DNA of 64,000 bases from Candidatus Woesearchaeota archaeon (GCA_016215315.1 JACRKG010000011.1:537-64536), one strand, 5' to 3'. Positions 28,528 to 38,314 are shown, numbered from the stretch's first letter. Notes: generated by a model from the sequence alone, not told the origin. Made by a program: numbers and translations.

Positions 28528-29679
28528 TTAAACAAAACTAACTTCCATTTCTAGTGCATCCCTTGTGGGATATTCTTCAACTACTGCCGGGATTAAGTTT
28601 TGTTTTTTTAAAAAACAAGCGTGTTTTTTTAGCAAACGTCTGTCTGTGATTAATCTTAATTTTACTTCGTCAACAAAAATTAAATCTTCAGATATTTTTA
28701 ATTGTGCTATTAATTTTTGTCTTAATTCTTCTAAAATTGGTAAGTACTTTTTTTTGTCTGCTTGTTCTAGTTTTTGTCTGTAGTTTAGTCCGGGGGTTAG
28801 TTCTGGTAAATAAATTGCTCCGCGGATTATTGTTCCTTCGTCAGTTACTTGGTCAAAACTTTTCTTAATGTTCTTTGCTCTTCGTTTTATTCTATTCTTT
28901 AATTGAACATTGTCTTTTAGTTTTGCAGTGCAGAAGTAAAGAGTCAATCCTGCATTTTTTGCTTCTTTCAATATTTCTAGTGCTAGTTCTGCGCTTCCTT
29001 TGACTGCGTAAGATAATTGGTTTTTTAGCATAAAACCTCTGCTTAAGTATTCACAATCATTTCTTTCTGACCATTCTAATTCATTCAAGTTTAGGAATTT
29101 TACTTTTTCTTTCATAAAATCTACCAGTTCTAGAATTTCTTTTTTCATTCCCGGAATACAAGGTATTTCTATGCCTACATCCCAATCATATTTTCTTGCC
29201 AATTCTATTTGCGGCCATAAAGTTTTGTCATATAGGTTTGCGTGAAATCTTATCTCATCAAGACCTGCTTCGTACAATTTTTTTAATCTTTCTTCATTGA
29301 CTAATCTGAAAGTAGTGTACAAGTGTGCATGAAATTTTTTGCCGAATTCTTTTTTTAAAAGCCTTAAGTACTCACAAACTCGGTCAACAACCACTAAAGG
29401 ATCTCCTCCAGTGATTCCTACTCCTTTTGCTTCAGTTAATCTTGCTTCTTCAAGAAGGTCTTCTGGTTTTTCTATCTTCCATTCATTTGCATAAATTACA
29501 TCTTTGTTTATTTTTTTATCACTTACAGGACAATAGAAGCATTTTAGTCCGCATAAACCCGTAATGAATAATACTAATTTTTGGCCTTTAATGCAATACT
29601 CGCATCCTTTGGCCATCCTTCCTTTAACTAAAGAAAAACATCCTGTATCGACAATGTTTTGAGCGGCTAATAATTCCAT
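28528..29679 (-). CDS. Radical SAM protein (archaeal COG2108-like)
   Basis: CGLKCFYC, ITGGDP, GLDEIRFH. Confidence 0.93.
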   Translation of the reverse strand: MELLAAQNIVDTGCFSLVKGRMAKGCEYCIKGQKLVLFITGLCGLKCFYCPVSDKKINKDVIYANEWKIEKPEDLLEEARLTEAKGVGITGGDPLVVVDRVCEYLRLLKKEFGKKFHAHLYTTFRLVNEERLKKLYEAGLDEIRFHANLYDKTLWPQIELARKYDWDVGIEIPCIPGMKKEILELVDFMKEKVKFLNLNELEWSERNDCEYLSRGFMLKNQLSYAVKGSAELALEILKEAKNAGLTLYFCTAKLKDNVQLKNRIKRRAKNIKKSFDQVTDEGTIIRGAIYLPELTPGLNYRQKLEQADKKKYLPILEELRQKLIAQLKISEDLIFVDEVKLRLITDRRLLKKHACFLKKQNLIPAVVEEYPTRDALEMEVSFV

Positions 29680-29774
29680 AAGAATCAATATTTATTGCTT
29701 ATTTAAAAAAGTATTTACTGAACGCAAATAATCTAAAGTAGTTTATTTAAAGCTATCTTGCTTTCTATTTGTTT

Positions 29775-30269
29775 ATGGAAAATAAAAAATTCAAAAGACA
29801 AGATCTTAACAAATTAGAAGAAGTCGAATTACTAACATCAACAGTAGAACAAGAACCAACAGTTGAAGTATTTTCTCCAACAATAGAAAAAACACATTTG
29901 CAAAAAGTTTTGAAAGTTGTCAGAATGAGTTTGATGTACTTAAGTATTGGTGCTGCTTTTTATGGAGTTGTAGCTTACGCTCCTAAAGTTGCAGAAGTTG
30001 GAATTAGAAATGATCAAGTAAACAGTGAATTCAAGAGTGTTTATGACAACACAAGTTCAAAATACGCAGATACAAACAATGACGGAGTTGTTTCATCTCA
30101 AGAAATGGATTCTTTTGATAGCGCTTTCTTAACAAGCAATGGTTTTAAAGTTAGTGGAGAAGAAAGAATAAATCTAAAGTACGGCCCAATGCCTTACATG
30201 AAAGGAACTTTTGAAAGAGCACAGAAGGAAACTATCACTGAATTGTTAAAGAATTACCAGCCAAAATAA
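29775..30269 (+). CDS. Single-pass membrane protein with EF-hand loop
   Basis: TM, then DTNNDGVVSSQE; paralog of 15607. Confidence 0.75.
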   Translation: MENKKFKRQDLNKLEEVELLTSTVEQEPTVEVFSPTIEKTHLQKVLKVVRMSLMYLSIGAAFYGVVAYAPKVAEVGIRNDQVNSEFKSVYDNTSSKYADTNNDGVVSSQEMDSFDSAFLTSNGFKVSGEERINLKYGPMPYMKGTFERAQKETITELLKNYQPK

Positions 30270-30307
30270 ATTATTAGAAAAATATCAGCCTCAATAAAAT
30301 CAAACTA

Positions 30308-31327
30308 TCAAGTCTTATTTAGTTTTTGTTCTGCTCCTTTTTTATAATCATCAAGAAATTTCATGTTATTAGAAACATATTCATATATAGTATTCACGAA
30401 AAAACCCATTGCTTGAGTTGCTTCTTCAAATTCTAGATCATTCATCATAATGCAATAAAATATTCTGCTAGCCTTAATATACATTATACCACAACTATGC
30501 AAGTATTTATTCTCTCCCTCATATTTTACTCCGAATTTTTGAGAAACTTTAACTTCAGGAGGTAAATTTGCAATTTTTTTTATGTCAAATACGGTGTTTG
30601 AAAGAAGGGATAAAATATACTCGGAATCTTGTGATTCAAGAATGGTAGATAAATAAATACTAGAAAAAACATTGTAGAATGATTTGGGTGTTGCAAGACC
30701 AGTGTCATAATCTTGGCCTGGTTTTGTTTTATTAATACTATCTTCAGTGTACATATCAAGATAACTAAAAATGAAATTTGCATCTTTAGGTTTTAGAATT
30801 TTGCTCAGCGCTCTAAAAGCAGTATCATCTGATTCTTGCAACATTTTTTCTAGAAGAACTTTCACGCTAAGTTCTTTATCAGTAGTTTTGTATAATGTTC
30901 CAAAATTAGCAGTTCTGTCTGAATCTTCTATTTTAATCAAATCATCAAGACCTATTTTACCTTCTTCTTTCATTTTCAGCACAAGTACCGCAGCTAAAAC
31001 TTTAACTAAGCTAGCAAAAGGATATCCTGTTCTTTCATTTATTCCTATGGAGGCACCATTTCTTAAGTTTTCAACATAAATTGAAGCAGTGAAGTTATTT
31101 TCTTGCATGAAAGACTCAAAAATCTTTTTCAAAGGAACATAATTAGTTATTAAAAAACTCTTAGGTTCTAACACTCCTGCAGCTATTCTGGGAGAAATAA
31201 AAGTAAAATCTTCTTTATTTGATTCAATAAAAGAATAATTATTGAAACAAATTATTGCAAGAAAAGACAAAAGCACTAGAATTAATATCAACTCAAAAAC
31301 TGCCACCCGTTTTAGATTAAATCTCAT
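30308..31327 (-). CDS. Class A beta-lactamase-like serine hydrolase, membrane-anchored
   Basis: FASLVK (SxxK), ESDDT (SDN-like), QKFG (KTG-like). Confidence 0.85.
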   Translation of the reverse strand: MRFNLKRVAVFELILILVLLSFLAIICFNNYSFIESNKEDFTFISPRIAAGVLEPKSFLITNYVPLKKIFESFMQENNFTASIYVENLRNGASIGINERTGYPFASLVKVLAAVLVLKMKEEGKIGLDDLIKIEDSDRTANFGTLYKTTDKELSVKVLLEKMLQESDDTAFRALSKILKPKDANFIFSYLDMYTEDSINKTKPGQDYDTGLATPKSFYNVFSSIYLSTILESQDSEYILSLLSNTVFDIKKIANLPPEVKVSQKFGVKYEGENKYLHSCGIMYIKASRIFYCIMMNDLEFEEATQAMGFFVNTIYEYVSNNMKFLDDYKKGAEQKLNKT

Positions 31328-31410
31328 TCAACCCTGAAATAAAACACCCACATTTAAATCTTAGTTTTAGCTAAGAAACATTTTTAAATCTGGATTCGTT
31401 TTGGATTTTT

Positions 31411-32892
31411 ATGACTGACAAAAAAGGCTCTAAAGCAAATAAGCAGGACAATTTTAGTGAGTGGTATTCTCAGATTTGCGGTGAAACTGGAGCTAAGCTT
31501 GTTGATTTAAGGTATGATGTTCAAGGTTTTATTGTTCATCGCCCTTGGAGTATGCGAGTTTTAAGAAAGATTTATTCTTTTTTTGAAGAAGAAGTCGAGA
31601 AAGACAATCATGAACCAATGTTATTTCCAACAGTTATTCCTGAAGAACATTTATTAAAAGAAAAAGAACATGCAGGTTTTACTCCTGAAGTTTTCTGGGT
31701 CGAGTATGCGGGAGATAAAAAGTTAGAAAAACGATTAGCATTAAGACCTACTGGAGAAACACAAATTTATCCATTGTATTCTTTATGGATTAGAAGTTAT
31801 AATGATTTGCCTTTGAAAGGTTATCAATCTAGAATTACTACTTTTAGAAATGAAATGACTACGCGTCCTTTTTTGAGGGGCAGAGAATTTATGTTTTTTG
31901 AAACTCACGATGTCTTCGAAACCCACGACGAAGCCGTTTCTCAAATAAAAAAAGATTTAATCATGATGAAGAACACGATTCGTGATAAACTAAAAATTCC
32001 TTTTTTATTTTTCCAAAGACCTAAATGGGATGTATTTAAAGGAGCTGATGAAACTTTCACTTCAGACAGCATTCTTCCTGATGGTAAAAGAATTCAAGTT
32101 AGCAGCACTCATGATTTAGGGCATAATTTTGCTAAAGCATTTAATGTCCAATTTGTTGGAAAGGATGGAAAAAGAAGTTATGCTTTCCAGACTTGTTTTG
32201 GGCCTGGTATTTGGAGAATTTTTGGAACAATGATTGCAATTCACGGGGATGACCAAGGATTAATGCTTCCTTTCTGTGTTGCACCAGTGCAAGTTGTAAT
32301 TATTCCAATAACTTTTGTTAAAGATCCTGAAGCTAGTAAAAAAGTTCTTGAGCTTTCCAAAAAATTAGAAAGCGAACTAAAAAATTTAAATTATTCTGTG
32401 CTTGTTGATTTAACTAATAAAACTCCCGGTTTCAAATTTAATGAGTGGGAAATGAAGGGAGTTCCTATAAGAATAGAAATAGGTCCTAGAGATTTAGAAC
32501 AAAACCAAGTAACTGTTAGCGCTAGAACAAGTAAAGAAAAATTAGCAGTAAAAATTAATGAATTAAAAAATAAATTACCTGAACTTGCAGAACAAAACGA
32601 TAAAGTTTTAGAAGAAACCGCAATCAAATATTTCAAAGATAATATTAAAAATGCAAAAACTCTTGACGAAGTCAAGAGTATAATTAAAGACCATCGTGGT
32701 TTTGTAAGAATTCCTTTCTGCAGTGTTATGCTTGATGGCAAGAAGTGTGCCGAGAAATTAAAAACAGAAACTAACGGTGTTGACGTTTGCGGATTCTTAT
32801 TTGAAAAAGAAGAAAAATTAGCTAGTTCTGATACGTGCGCTGTTTGCGGAAAGAAAGCAACAAAGATAGTTTATGCTGCTAAGAGTGTTTGA
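31411..32892 (+). CDS. proS: Proline--tRNA ligase (archaeal/eukaryotic type)
   Basis: LRPTGET, PFLRGREF, HGDDQGL, GVPIRIEIGPRD, C-terminal Zn site. Confidence 0.97.
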   Translation: MTDKKGSKANKQDNFSEWYSQICGETGAKLVDLRYDVQGFIVHRPWSMRVLRKIYSFFEEEVEKDNHEPMLFPTVIPEEHLLKEKEHAGFTPEVFWVEYAGDKKLEKRLALRPTGETQIYPLYSLWIRSYNDLPLKGYQSRITTFRNEMTTRPFLRGREFMFFETHDVFETHDEAVSQIKKDLIMMKNTIRDKLKIPFLFFQRPKWDVFKGADETFTSDSILPDGKRIQVSSTHDLGHNFAKAFNVQFVGKDGKRSYAFQTCFGPGIWRIFGTMIAIHGDDQGLMLPFCVAPVQVVIIPITFVKDPEASKKVLELSKKLESELKNLNYSVLVDLTNKTPGFKFNEWEMKGVPIRIEIGPRDLEQNQVTVSARTSKEKLAVKINELKNKLPELAEQNDKVLEETAIKYFKDNIKNAKTLDEVKSIIKDHRGFVRIPFCSVMLDGKKCAEKLKTETNGVDVCGFLFEKEEKLASSDTCAVCGKKATKIVYAAKSV

Positions 32893-33021
32893 AACTTTGG
32901 AAAATCAACTCATTCTAAAAAAGGTCAAAAAATGCCTATTTTTGAAACAACACAAAAAAAACAGAAAAATATTTAAGCTTTAAAAGAAAGTAAATAGTTA
33001 AAAAGATAAAAGGGTGAAAGA

Positions 33022-34542
33022 ATGATAAAAAGAGTTAATATATATATATATATAATATTATTTTTGATTCTCGTTGCTGGTGTTTTAGCAGCACCGCTGC
33101 CAACTGTTAATGGAGATTCTGGTACTTGGGGCACAATACTTAATACATTTCTAGGTGTTTCTTTAGCAAGTGATGGAACTTTAAATTCTAATGTTGTTGG
33201 TACTGCTCAAATAACTGATGGAGTAATTACGACAAGTGATATTAGTGCTACAGCAGGCATAACAAGCGGACAAATCGCAGACGGAACAATCACTACAGAC
33301 GACATCGCCACAGACACTATTGCTGCAGCAGACATCGCAGCAGGAGCAGTTGGAACTTCAGAAATCGCAGACGGAGTCATCACAACAACAGACATTAGCT
33401 CCTCAGCAGGAATCACAAGCGCACAAATCGCCGATGCTACTATTGCCAATGCAGATATTAGCACTAGTGCTGCCATTGCTTTAAGTAAATTAGCTGCCGG
33501 AACTGACGGACAAATAATAGTTGTAGGTGTTTCTACGACCACAGTTCCTGCTTATGCAACAATGAGTGGCGATGCAACATTAAGCAACCTAGGAGCACTA
33601 GCAGTTTCAGATGACAGTCATGCGCATACTGCAAGCACAATTTCAGGACTTGGCACAGATGATATTTCTGGATTAAGTGCTGCCGATTTAAATGCTGACT
33701 TCGGCGACTTTACATGTACTGGAAGTGCAGCGGGTTGCACTGTGGATGCTAATGCTGTTGCTTTAGGTACTGATACTACTAATAACTATGTGGCTACTGT
33801 TGCGGATAGTGGTGCTGGAATATTTACTGTTTCAGGTAGTGGTTCTGAAAGTGCTACTGTAACTCTCGCCATCACTGCTGATATGATTGATGGTACTGAA
33901 TTGAAAGATTCATTGGCTCTTGATGCTGCTACAACGATTACTGGCACTACTGCTGGTGTTGGTTTAACTATAACATCAAACATTAACGCTGCTGCACTGA
34001 CTGTTACTAACGCCAATGTAGGGGGTTCTGTACTATCTCTCACTAGCTCTGGTGGTGGAACGTTACTATCTGCTCAAGGCGCTTGTTATGACGGCAATCT
34101 TGCAACTTGTGTTTTAAATGATTACGCAGAACTTTATCCAGCTAGTGAAAGTGTTGAACAAGGAAGTTTGGTATCAATTGATGATTCAAAAGAAGACTTA
34201 TTTGTTAAGACAACAAGAAAAAGTTATGATACTTCAGTTATAGGAATAGTGTCTACAAGTCCTGCCATAGTTATTGAAGGGGGCGCAATTAAATTAATGG
34301 GCGGAATTTATGCTCACAACCCTTTAAAACCTGCAATAGCTATGGCTGGAAGAGTTCCAGTAAAAGTAACTAATGAGAATGGACCCATAAAACCAGGAGA
34401 CTTGCTTGTTCCAAGCTCAACACCAGGTTATGCAATGAGATGTCCTGGAAGATTAGAGTGCATAGGAAGTGTTGTTGGAAAAGCATTAAGGCCGTTTAAA
34501 GAAAAAGAAGGCAAAGTTTTAGCATTAGTGATTAATAGCTAA
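33022..34542 (+). CDS. Secreted fibrous adhesin / tail-fibre-like protein with C-terminal intramolecular-chaperone-like domain
   Basis: Signal peptide; QIADGxITTxDI repeats; DYAELY...GRVPVKV.NENGPIKPGDLLV.S.TPGYAM. Confidence 0.75.
   Translation: MIKRVNIYIYIILFLILVAGVLAAPLPTVNGDSGTWGTILNTFLGVSLASDGTLNSNVVGTAQITDGVITTSDISATAGITSGQIADGTITTDDIATDTIAAADIAAGAVGTSEIADGVITTTDISSSAGITSAQIADATIANADISTSAAIALSKLAAGTDGQIIVVGVSTTTVPAYATMSGDATLSNLGALAVSDDSHAHTASTISGLGTDDISGLSAADLNADFGDFTCTGSAAGCTVDANAVALGTDTTNNYVATVADSGAGIFTVSGSGSESATVTLAITADMIDGTELKDSLALDAATTITGTTAGVGLTITSNINAAALTVTNANVGGSVLSLTSSGGGTLLSAQGACYDGNLATCVLNDYAELYPASESVEQGSLVSIDDSKEDLFVKTTRKSYDTSVIGIVSTSPAIVIEGGAIKLMGGIYAHNPLKPAIAMAGRVPVKVTNENGPIKPGDLLVPSSTPGYAMRCPGRLECIGSVVGKALRPFKEKEGKVLALVINS
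33038..33054 (+). repeat. (AT)8A microsatellite in signal-peptide codons
   Basis: ATATATATATATATATA. Confidence 0.9.
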
Positions 34543-34543
34543 A

Positions 34544-35470
34544 ATGAAAAAAATATTTTTTGTTTTATTAATTATCTTTTTGATTCCTGTAGTTTATGCG
34601 GGAGCATATGGTGCCGGTGCTTACGGTGCGGGAGATTATGGTGTTGGAGAGGCCGCTGCATCTCCTAGCACGACTAGTGAATCAAGAACAACAACAGAAA
34701 CAACTACGGAAGATACTGGAAGATTTGATCCTAAATCTTATCTTGGCTTTGTTGCAAATTTTATTGCTCCTGGAAGCATTGCAGAATTGAGTAAAACAAA
34801 TAAAATAACTAAGACAGTAACTGCAATTAAAGGCAGTTTAGATTCTGTTGTTTTATTCAGGTTAAATGCTCAAACACACACAGTTATGTTGGATAAAGTT
34901 GATGAGCAAACTAAAACTGTTTCGTTCATTTTAGCTTCGGAGCCTCAATTTTTTAGTTTGAAAGAGAATGAAAAAATGCAGTTTGATTTAGATGGAGATT
35001 TATTTGCTGAGACTGAAGTTTCTGCAGGCAACACTAATTATAGTAAATTAAGTACTGATGTGAGTATTTCTTGGGTAGAAAACCAGACAATGATAACGAC
35101 AGTTACAAAGCAAGAAAGCGAGACACCCTCCACTAAAAAAGAGATAACACCAGGCACAGAACTAAAAATTTCAGAAACAAAAAAAACAGAAACAATTACA
35201 GAACTAAAGAAGGAAGAATTAAAATTACAACCAAAAGATTTTGTATCTTTCAAAGAATTCTTTGAAAGTGCTAAAGAATCTCTCGAAAATGTTAAAACAC
35301 TTTTCGAGAAATTCACGAACAAGATTTTTGATGAAATAAAAAAACATCCAGAAGTAAATATGCTCATTCTAGAAATTGCTTCAGGAGTTGCCGTTTTTGT
35401 ATTAGTAATAACATTTGTATTGTTCAAAAGTCATCGCAAGAAGCGTAAAGAAAGAGTACAAGAAATATAA
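34544..35470 (+). CDS. Secreted protein with C-terminal membrane anchor
   Basis: Signal peptide, GAYGAGAYGAGDYG repeat, Thr-rich linkers, C-terminal TM plus basic tail. Confidence 0.8.
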   Translation: MKKIFFVLLIIFLIPVVYAGAYGAGAYGAGDYGVGEAAASPSTTSESRTTTETTTEDTGRFDPKSYLGFVANFIAPGSIAELSKTNKITKTVTAIKGSLDSVVLFRLNAQTHTVMLDKVDEQTKTVSFILASEPQFFSLKENEKMQFDLDGDLFAETEVSAGNTNYSKLSTDVSISWVENQTMITTVTKQESETPSTKKEITPGTELKISETKKTETITELKKEELKLQPKDFVSFKEFFESAKESLENVKTLFEKFTNKIFDEIKKHPEVNMLILEIASGVAVFVLVITFVLFKSHRKKRKERVQEI

Positions 35471-35484
35471 ACCGTTAAGAACTA

Positions 35485-35874
35485 TCAATAATTTTGAACT
35501 TTTATTCCACGTATTCTTTTGAAATGTTCTTGATTTCTAGTTACAACTATATCCACGCCTTTACTCAGAGCAATTCCCGCAGTCAAACAATCACAATCCG
35601 AAATTTCTTTCCCGGATTTTATTAATTCTGCAGATATTTCAGCTGATTTTATGATTGAATTATTATCCAAAGAGAGCACTCTTAAATCTTCAAAAACTTC
35701 CATAACTTCTCTTAATTTAGGCAGAGACATTCCTCTCAAAAATAATCCTCTCATTAATTCATACATATTTATCTGAGTGGTAAGCAATGGACTTTTTGAC
35801 TCAATTAATTTAAGTGCATCTTCATTTCCTCTTGACAAATCAATTAAAAAAGTGGTGTCTAAAACTTTCATCAT
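35485..35874 (-). CDS. vapC: VapC PIN-domain toxin
   Basis: VLDTTFLID, YELMRG, DCLTAG, TRNQEHF. Confidence 0.92.
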   Translation of the reverse strand: MMKVLDTTFLIDLSRGNEDALKLIESKSPLLTTQINMYELMRGLFLRGMSLPKLREVMEVFEDLRVLSLDNNSIIKSAEISAELIKSGKEISDCDCLTAGIALSKGVDIVVTRNQEHFKRIRGIKVQNY

Positions 35875-36101
35875 AACCTCGATCTAATCATTTTTATATT
35901 TTTGGATCTTATTTTTTTCAAATCTTCAAGCATCTTTTCTCCTTCTGTTTCGGATATTATTCCAAACAAATCTTTCCAAGTTTTTGCTTCTTTTTTAGAA
36001 AAAACTCGAACTATCTCCTCTGAAAAACTTTCATTTTCAAATTTATTATTAAAAAGCAAGCCATATGAATCTTCAGTGATTGTTATAGTTTTTGTTGTCA
36101 T
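35871..36101 (-). CDS. vapB: VapB-type antitoxin (DUF217-like)
   Basis: TKTITITEDSY...ESFSEEIVR; overlaps the vapC start. Confidence 0.85.
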   Translation of the reverse strand: MTTKTITITEDSYGLLFNNKFENESFSEEIVRVFSKKEAKTWKDLFGIISETEGEKMLEDLKKIRSKNIKMIRSRL

Positions 36102-36206
36102 AAACATACGTGTATGTTTACTTGTATATAAACTTTTCGTGCCTTTAAAAACTATCTTCAATAAGCAAGAAAAGCTTAAATACCCATTTTTCTTTTTGTA
36201 TGTATT

Positions 36207-36509
36207 GTGAAAATAACCATCGATACTAAGTTGGATTCAAAAGAGGAGATAAGGAGAGCTGTTGAATTATTAAATAATTTAATGGGAACTAGGAATAGTT
36301 CTGAGCACAGAAATATTTTTGATGATAATACTTCTTCCAGTGTTAGCAATCCTCTCAACATGTTCGATACTAGTAATTCGAGTCCTCCACCAAGTAGTTC
36401 TAGTAGTTCATCAAATGCGTTTAATTCTATGTTTAATAATGAGCCTGAATTAAAAGAAGAAAAGAATGATGACAATGATGATTCAGTTCCTGAGATAGAA
36501 TTCTACTAA
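36207..36509 (+). CDS. Hypothetical protein with Ser-rich tail
   Basis: MKITIDTKLDSKEEIRRAVELL, then low complexity. Confidence 0.7.
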   Translation: MKITIDTKLDSKEEIRRAVELLNNLMGTRNSSEHRNIFDDNTSSSVSNPLNMFDTSNSSPPPSSSSSSSNAFNSMFNNEPELKEEKNDDNDDSVPEIEFY

Positions 36510-36512
36510 AAT

Positions 36513-36588
36513 AGTTTATAGTTCACAGTTTATGGTTTATAGGTCAATAAGTTTTTTACTGTAAACTCCGAACTACAAACTATAAACT
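36513..36588. repeat. Inverted pair of heptamer arrays between convergent genes
   Basis: AGTTTAT AGTTCAC AGTTTAT GGTTTAT ... GTAAACT CCGAACT ACAAACT ATAAACT. Confidence 0.9.
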
Positions 36589-36589
36589 T

Positions 36590-36913
36590 TTATTCTAAAT
36601 CTAGAATGTATCCGTCGTATTTTTCGTTAAAGTATAAATCAATTAGTGCTTCTACTGCTTCTAATTGTCCGTGAAGTTCTTCTATGTTGCTTATTGCTTT
36701 GGATACTCTTCGCGAGGCAAGTGCGAATTTTTCTTTTTCGTTAATTGTAGGTGTTGCTGGTGCCACTATTTCACTCAAAGTTTTTCCTGAAGAATAATTT
36801 TTTTTCAGAACACTGTATTCTCTTAAAACAGTTGCTATGTATGCAATATCACTTTTTACTGGTTTTAGTGCTTTGACGATGCTCTTTTGGAGACCGTCAA
36901 GTTCATCAGCCAT
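36590..36913 (-). CDS. Hypothetical protein at the end of the ribosomal operon
   Basis: Starts 1 nt after the rps9 stop. Confidence 0.7.
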   Translation of the reverse strand: MADELDGLQKSIVKALKPVKSDIAYIATVLREYSVLKKNYSSGKTLSEIVAPATPTINEKEKFALASRRVSKAISNIEELHGQLEAVEALIDLYFNEKYDGYILDLE

Positions 36914-36914
36914 T

Positions 36915-37310
36915 TTATCTGTAGCTTTTTTGTCTTTTTGATCTTGCTTTACCGTGAGTGTTTGGCTTTCTACTTTCTCTTTGCCTTACATCCGGAACTA
37001 ACAAAGTTCTATCATAATCTAAGAATTGTTGGCGTAATTTTTTGTTGTGTTCTGCTAAAACTTTTGATACTGCAACTCTTATAGCATCAGATTGGGAGCT
37101 CATTCCTCCGCCAGAAACGCTTACTTGAATATTAACTTTACTTGCTGTTTCTCCTGCAATTTGTAGTGGTTCTTTTATTTTATCTTTATACATTTGAGTA
37201 GAATAATTTTCTAGTAATTGTGAATTAATTCTAACTATTCCTGTGCCTTCGCTTAGTGTTGCTCTTGCGATTGCTTTTTTTCTTGTTCCTACTTCATGAA
37301 TTACTTTCAT
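36915..37310 (-). CDS. rps9: 30S ribosomal protein uS9
   Basis: GTRKKAIARA, GGGMSSQ, YDRTLLV, RQKSYR. Confidence 0.98.
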   Translation of the reverse strand: MKVIHEVGTRKKAIARATLSEGTGIVRINSQLLENYSTQMYKDKIKEPLQIAGETASKVNIQVSVSGGGMSSQSDAIRVAVSKVLAEHNKKLRQQFLDYDRTLLVPDVRQRESRKPNTHGKARSKRQKSYR

Positions 37311-37822
37311 CTTTTACCACCTATTGATTTAATGACATCAGCAATACTTGTGAATTTGACAACTCCTCTTTCTGTAACGTCTGCATTTTTTAGTGTTATT
37401 GCTTTTCCTTTAAATTCTTCAGGTACGCCTAAATAACACATTACTCTTTGAAAAGCTTCTCTACCTCTAGTTCTTTTGAATGGGAGCATTTTTTTTATTA
37501 TTCTTCTTAAAAATCGGTCGGGTAATCTTGATAAGAATGGTCCTTTGTTTTGTTTTCCTATTTCTCTTCTTTGGTATCTGTATTTTTCTGCAACTTGGTA
37601 TTTGTCGCCAGTTATTATTGCTTTTTCACTGTTAACAACTGCAACTTTGTTGCCTAGTAATGCTTGTTTTGCAACCCAGGATGCGAAACGTCCTACGATT
37701 AAGTTTGAAGCATCAAGTACTATTAAGTTTCTAGGAGTTGATTCTTGTTCTTTTGGTTCAGAATGTTCTTTTGGTTCATGAGTTTTTTCTTTCATGATTG
37801 GTTTTTTTTCTATTTTGTTCAT
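37307..37822 (-). CDS. rpl13: 50S ribosomal protein uL13
   Basis: DASNLIVGRFAS, VVNSEKAIITG, MLPFK. Confidence 0.97.
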   Translation of the reverse strand: MNKIEKKPIMKEKTHEPKEHSEPKEQESTPRNLIVLDASNLIVGRFASWVAKQALLGNKVAVVNSEKAIITGDKYQVAEKYRYQRREIGKQNKGPFLSRLPDRFLRRIIKKMLPFKRTRGREAFQRVMCYLGVPEEFKGKAITLKNADVTERGVVKFTSIADVIKSIGGKR

Positions 37823-38178
37823 CCTAGTATCCTCACGTCTTTACCTTTTGGATTGTTTTTTAGTAATTCTTGAATTGTTAAACATTTTCCTTTTTGTTCA
37901 ATTTGGTTTTTTGCATCACTTGAAAATGATAGTGCTGCTACGTTTACTTTGTGATCAAGATTTCCACTGCCTAATACTTTTCCTGGGACTATAACTGTTT
38001 CATTGTCTTTTGTGAATCGGTTAATTCTTGAAACGTTAACAACTCTTCTTTTTCTTGTTGGTAATTCTAGATCGAGAGCTATTCTATTCCACAAGTCAGC
38101 TTTTTGTAATGCAGATTCTTTCTTTAACAAACTAATTAATTCTTGCAAATGTTCGTTTGTTGGCCCTGTACGTTTCAT
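37819..38178 (-). CDS. rpl18e: 50S ribosomal protein eL18
   Basis: VNVSRINR, VPGKVLGSG; start after the tRNA. Confidence 0.97.
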   Translation of the reverse strand: MKRTGPTNEHLQELISLLKKESALQKADLWNRIALDLELPTRKRRVVNVSRINRFTKDNETVIVPGKVLGSGNLDHKVNVAALSFSSDAKNQIEQKGKCLTIQELLKNNPKGKDVRILG

Positions 38179-38226
38179 TTTGATTTGTTGTTTTACTTTT
38201 TTATGTTGATCGCATCGATTTAATGA

Positions 38227-38312
38227 TGCGGAGGAAGGGATTCGAACCCTCGCAGGCAATAAGCCACTAGACCCTCAATCTAGCACATTTGACCAGGCTC
38301 TGTCACCTCCGC
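38227..38312 (-). tRNA. tRNA-Leu(GAG)
   Basis: Acceptor GCGGAGG/CCTCCGC, anticodon arm CTAGA-TTGAGGG-TCTAG, long variable arm, GTTCGAATC. Confidence 0.97.
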
Positions 38313-38314
38313 AT

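Noticed and set aside
33022-35470. Prophage suggested by the tail-fibre-like gene
   Set aside because: Both proteins have signal peptides, and no integrase, capsid, terminase or portal gene is nearby.
38179-38259. N-terminal extension of eL18 in the ORF track
   Set aside because: Overlaps tRNA-Leu; the real start is 38178. The extensions at 7927, 4868 and 57422 likewise run through structured leaders.
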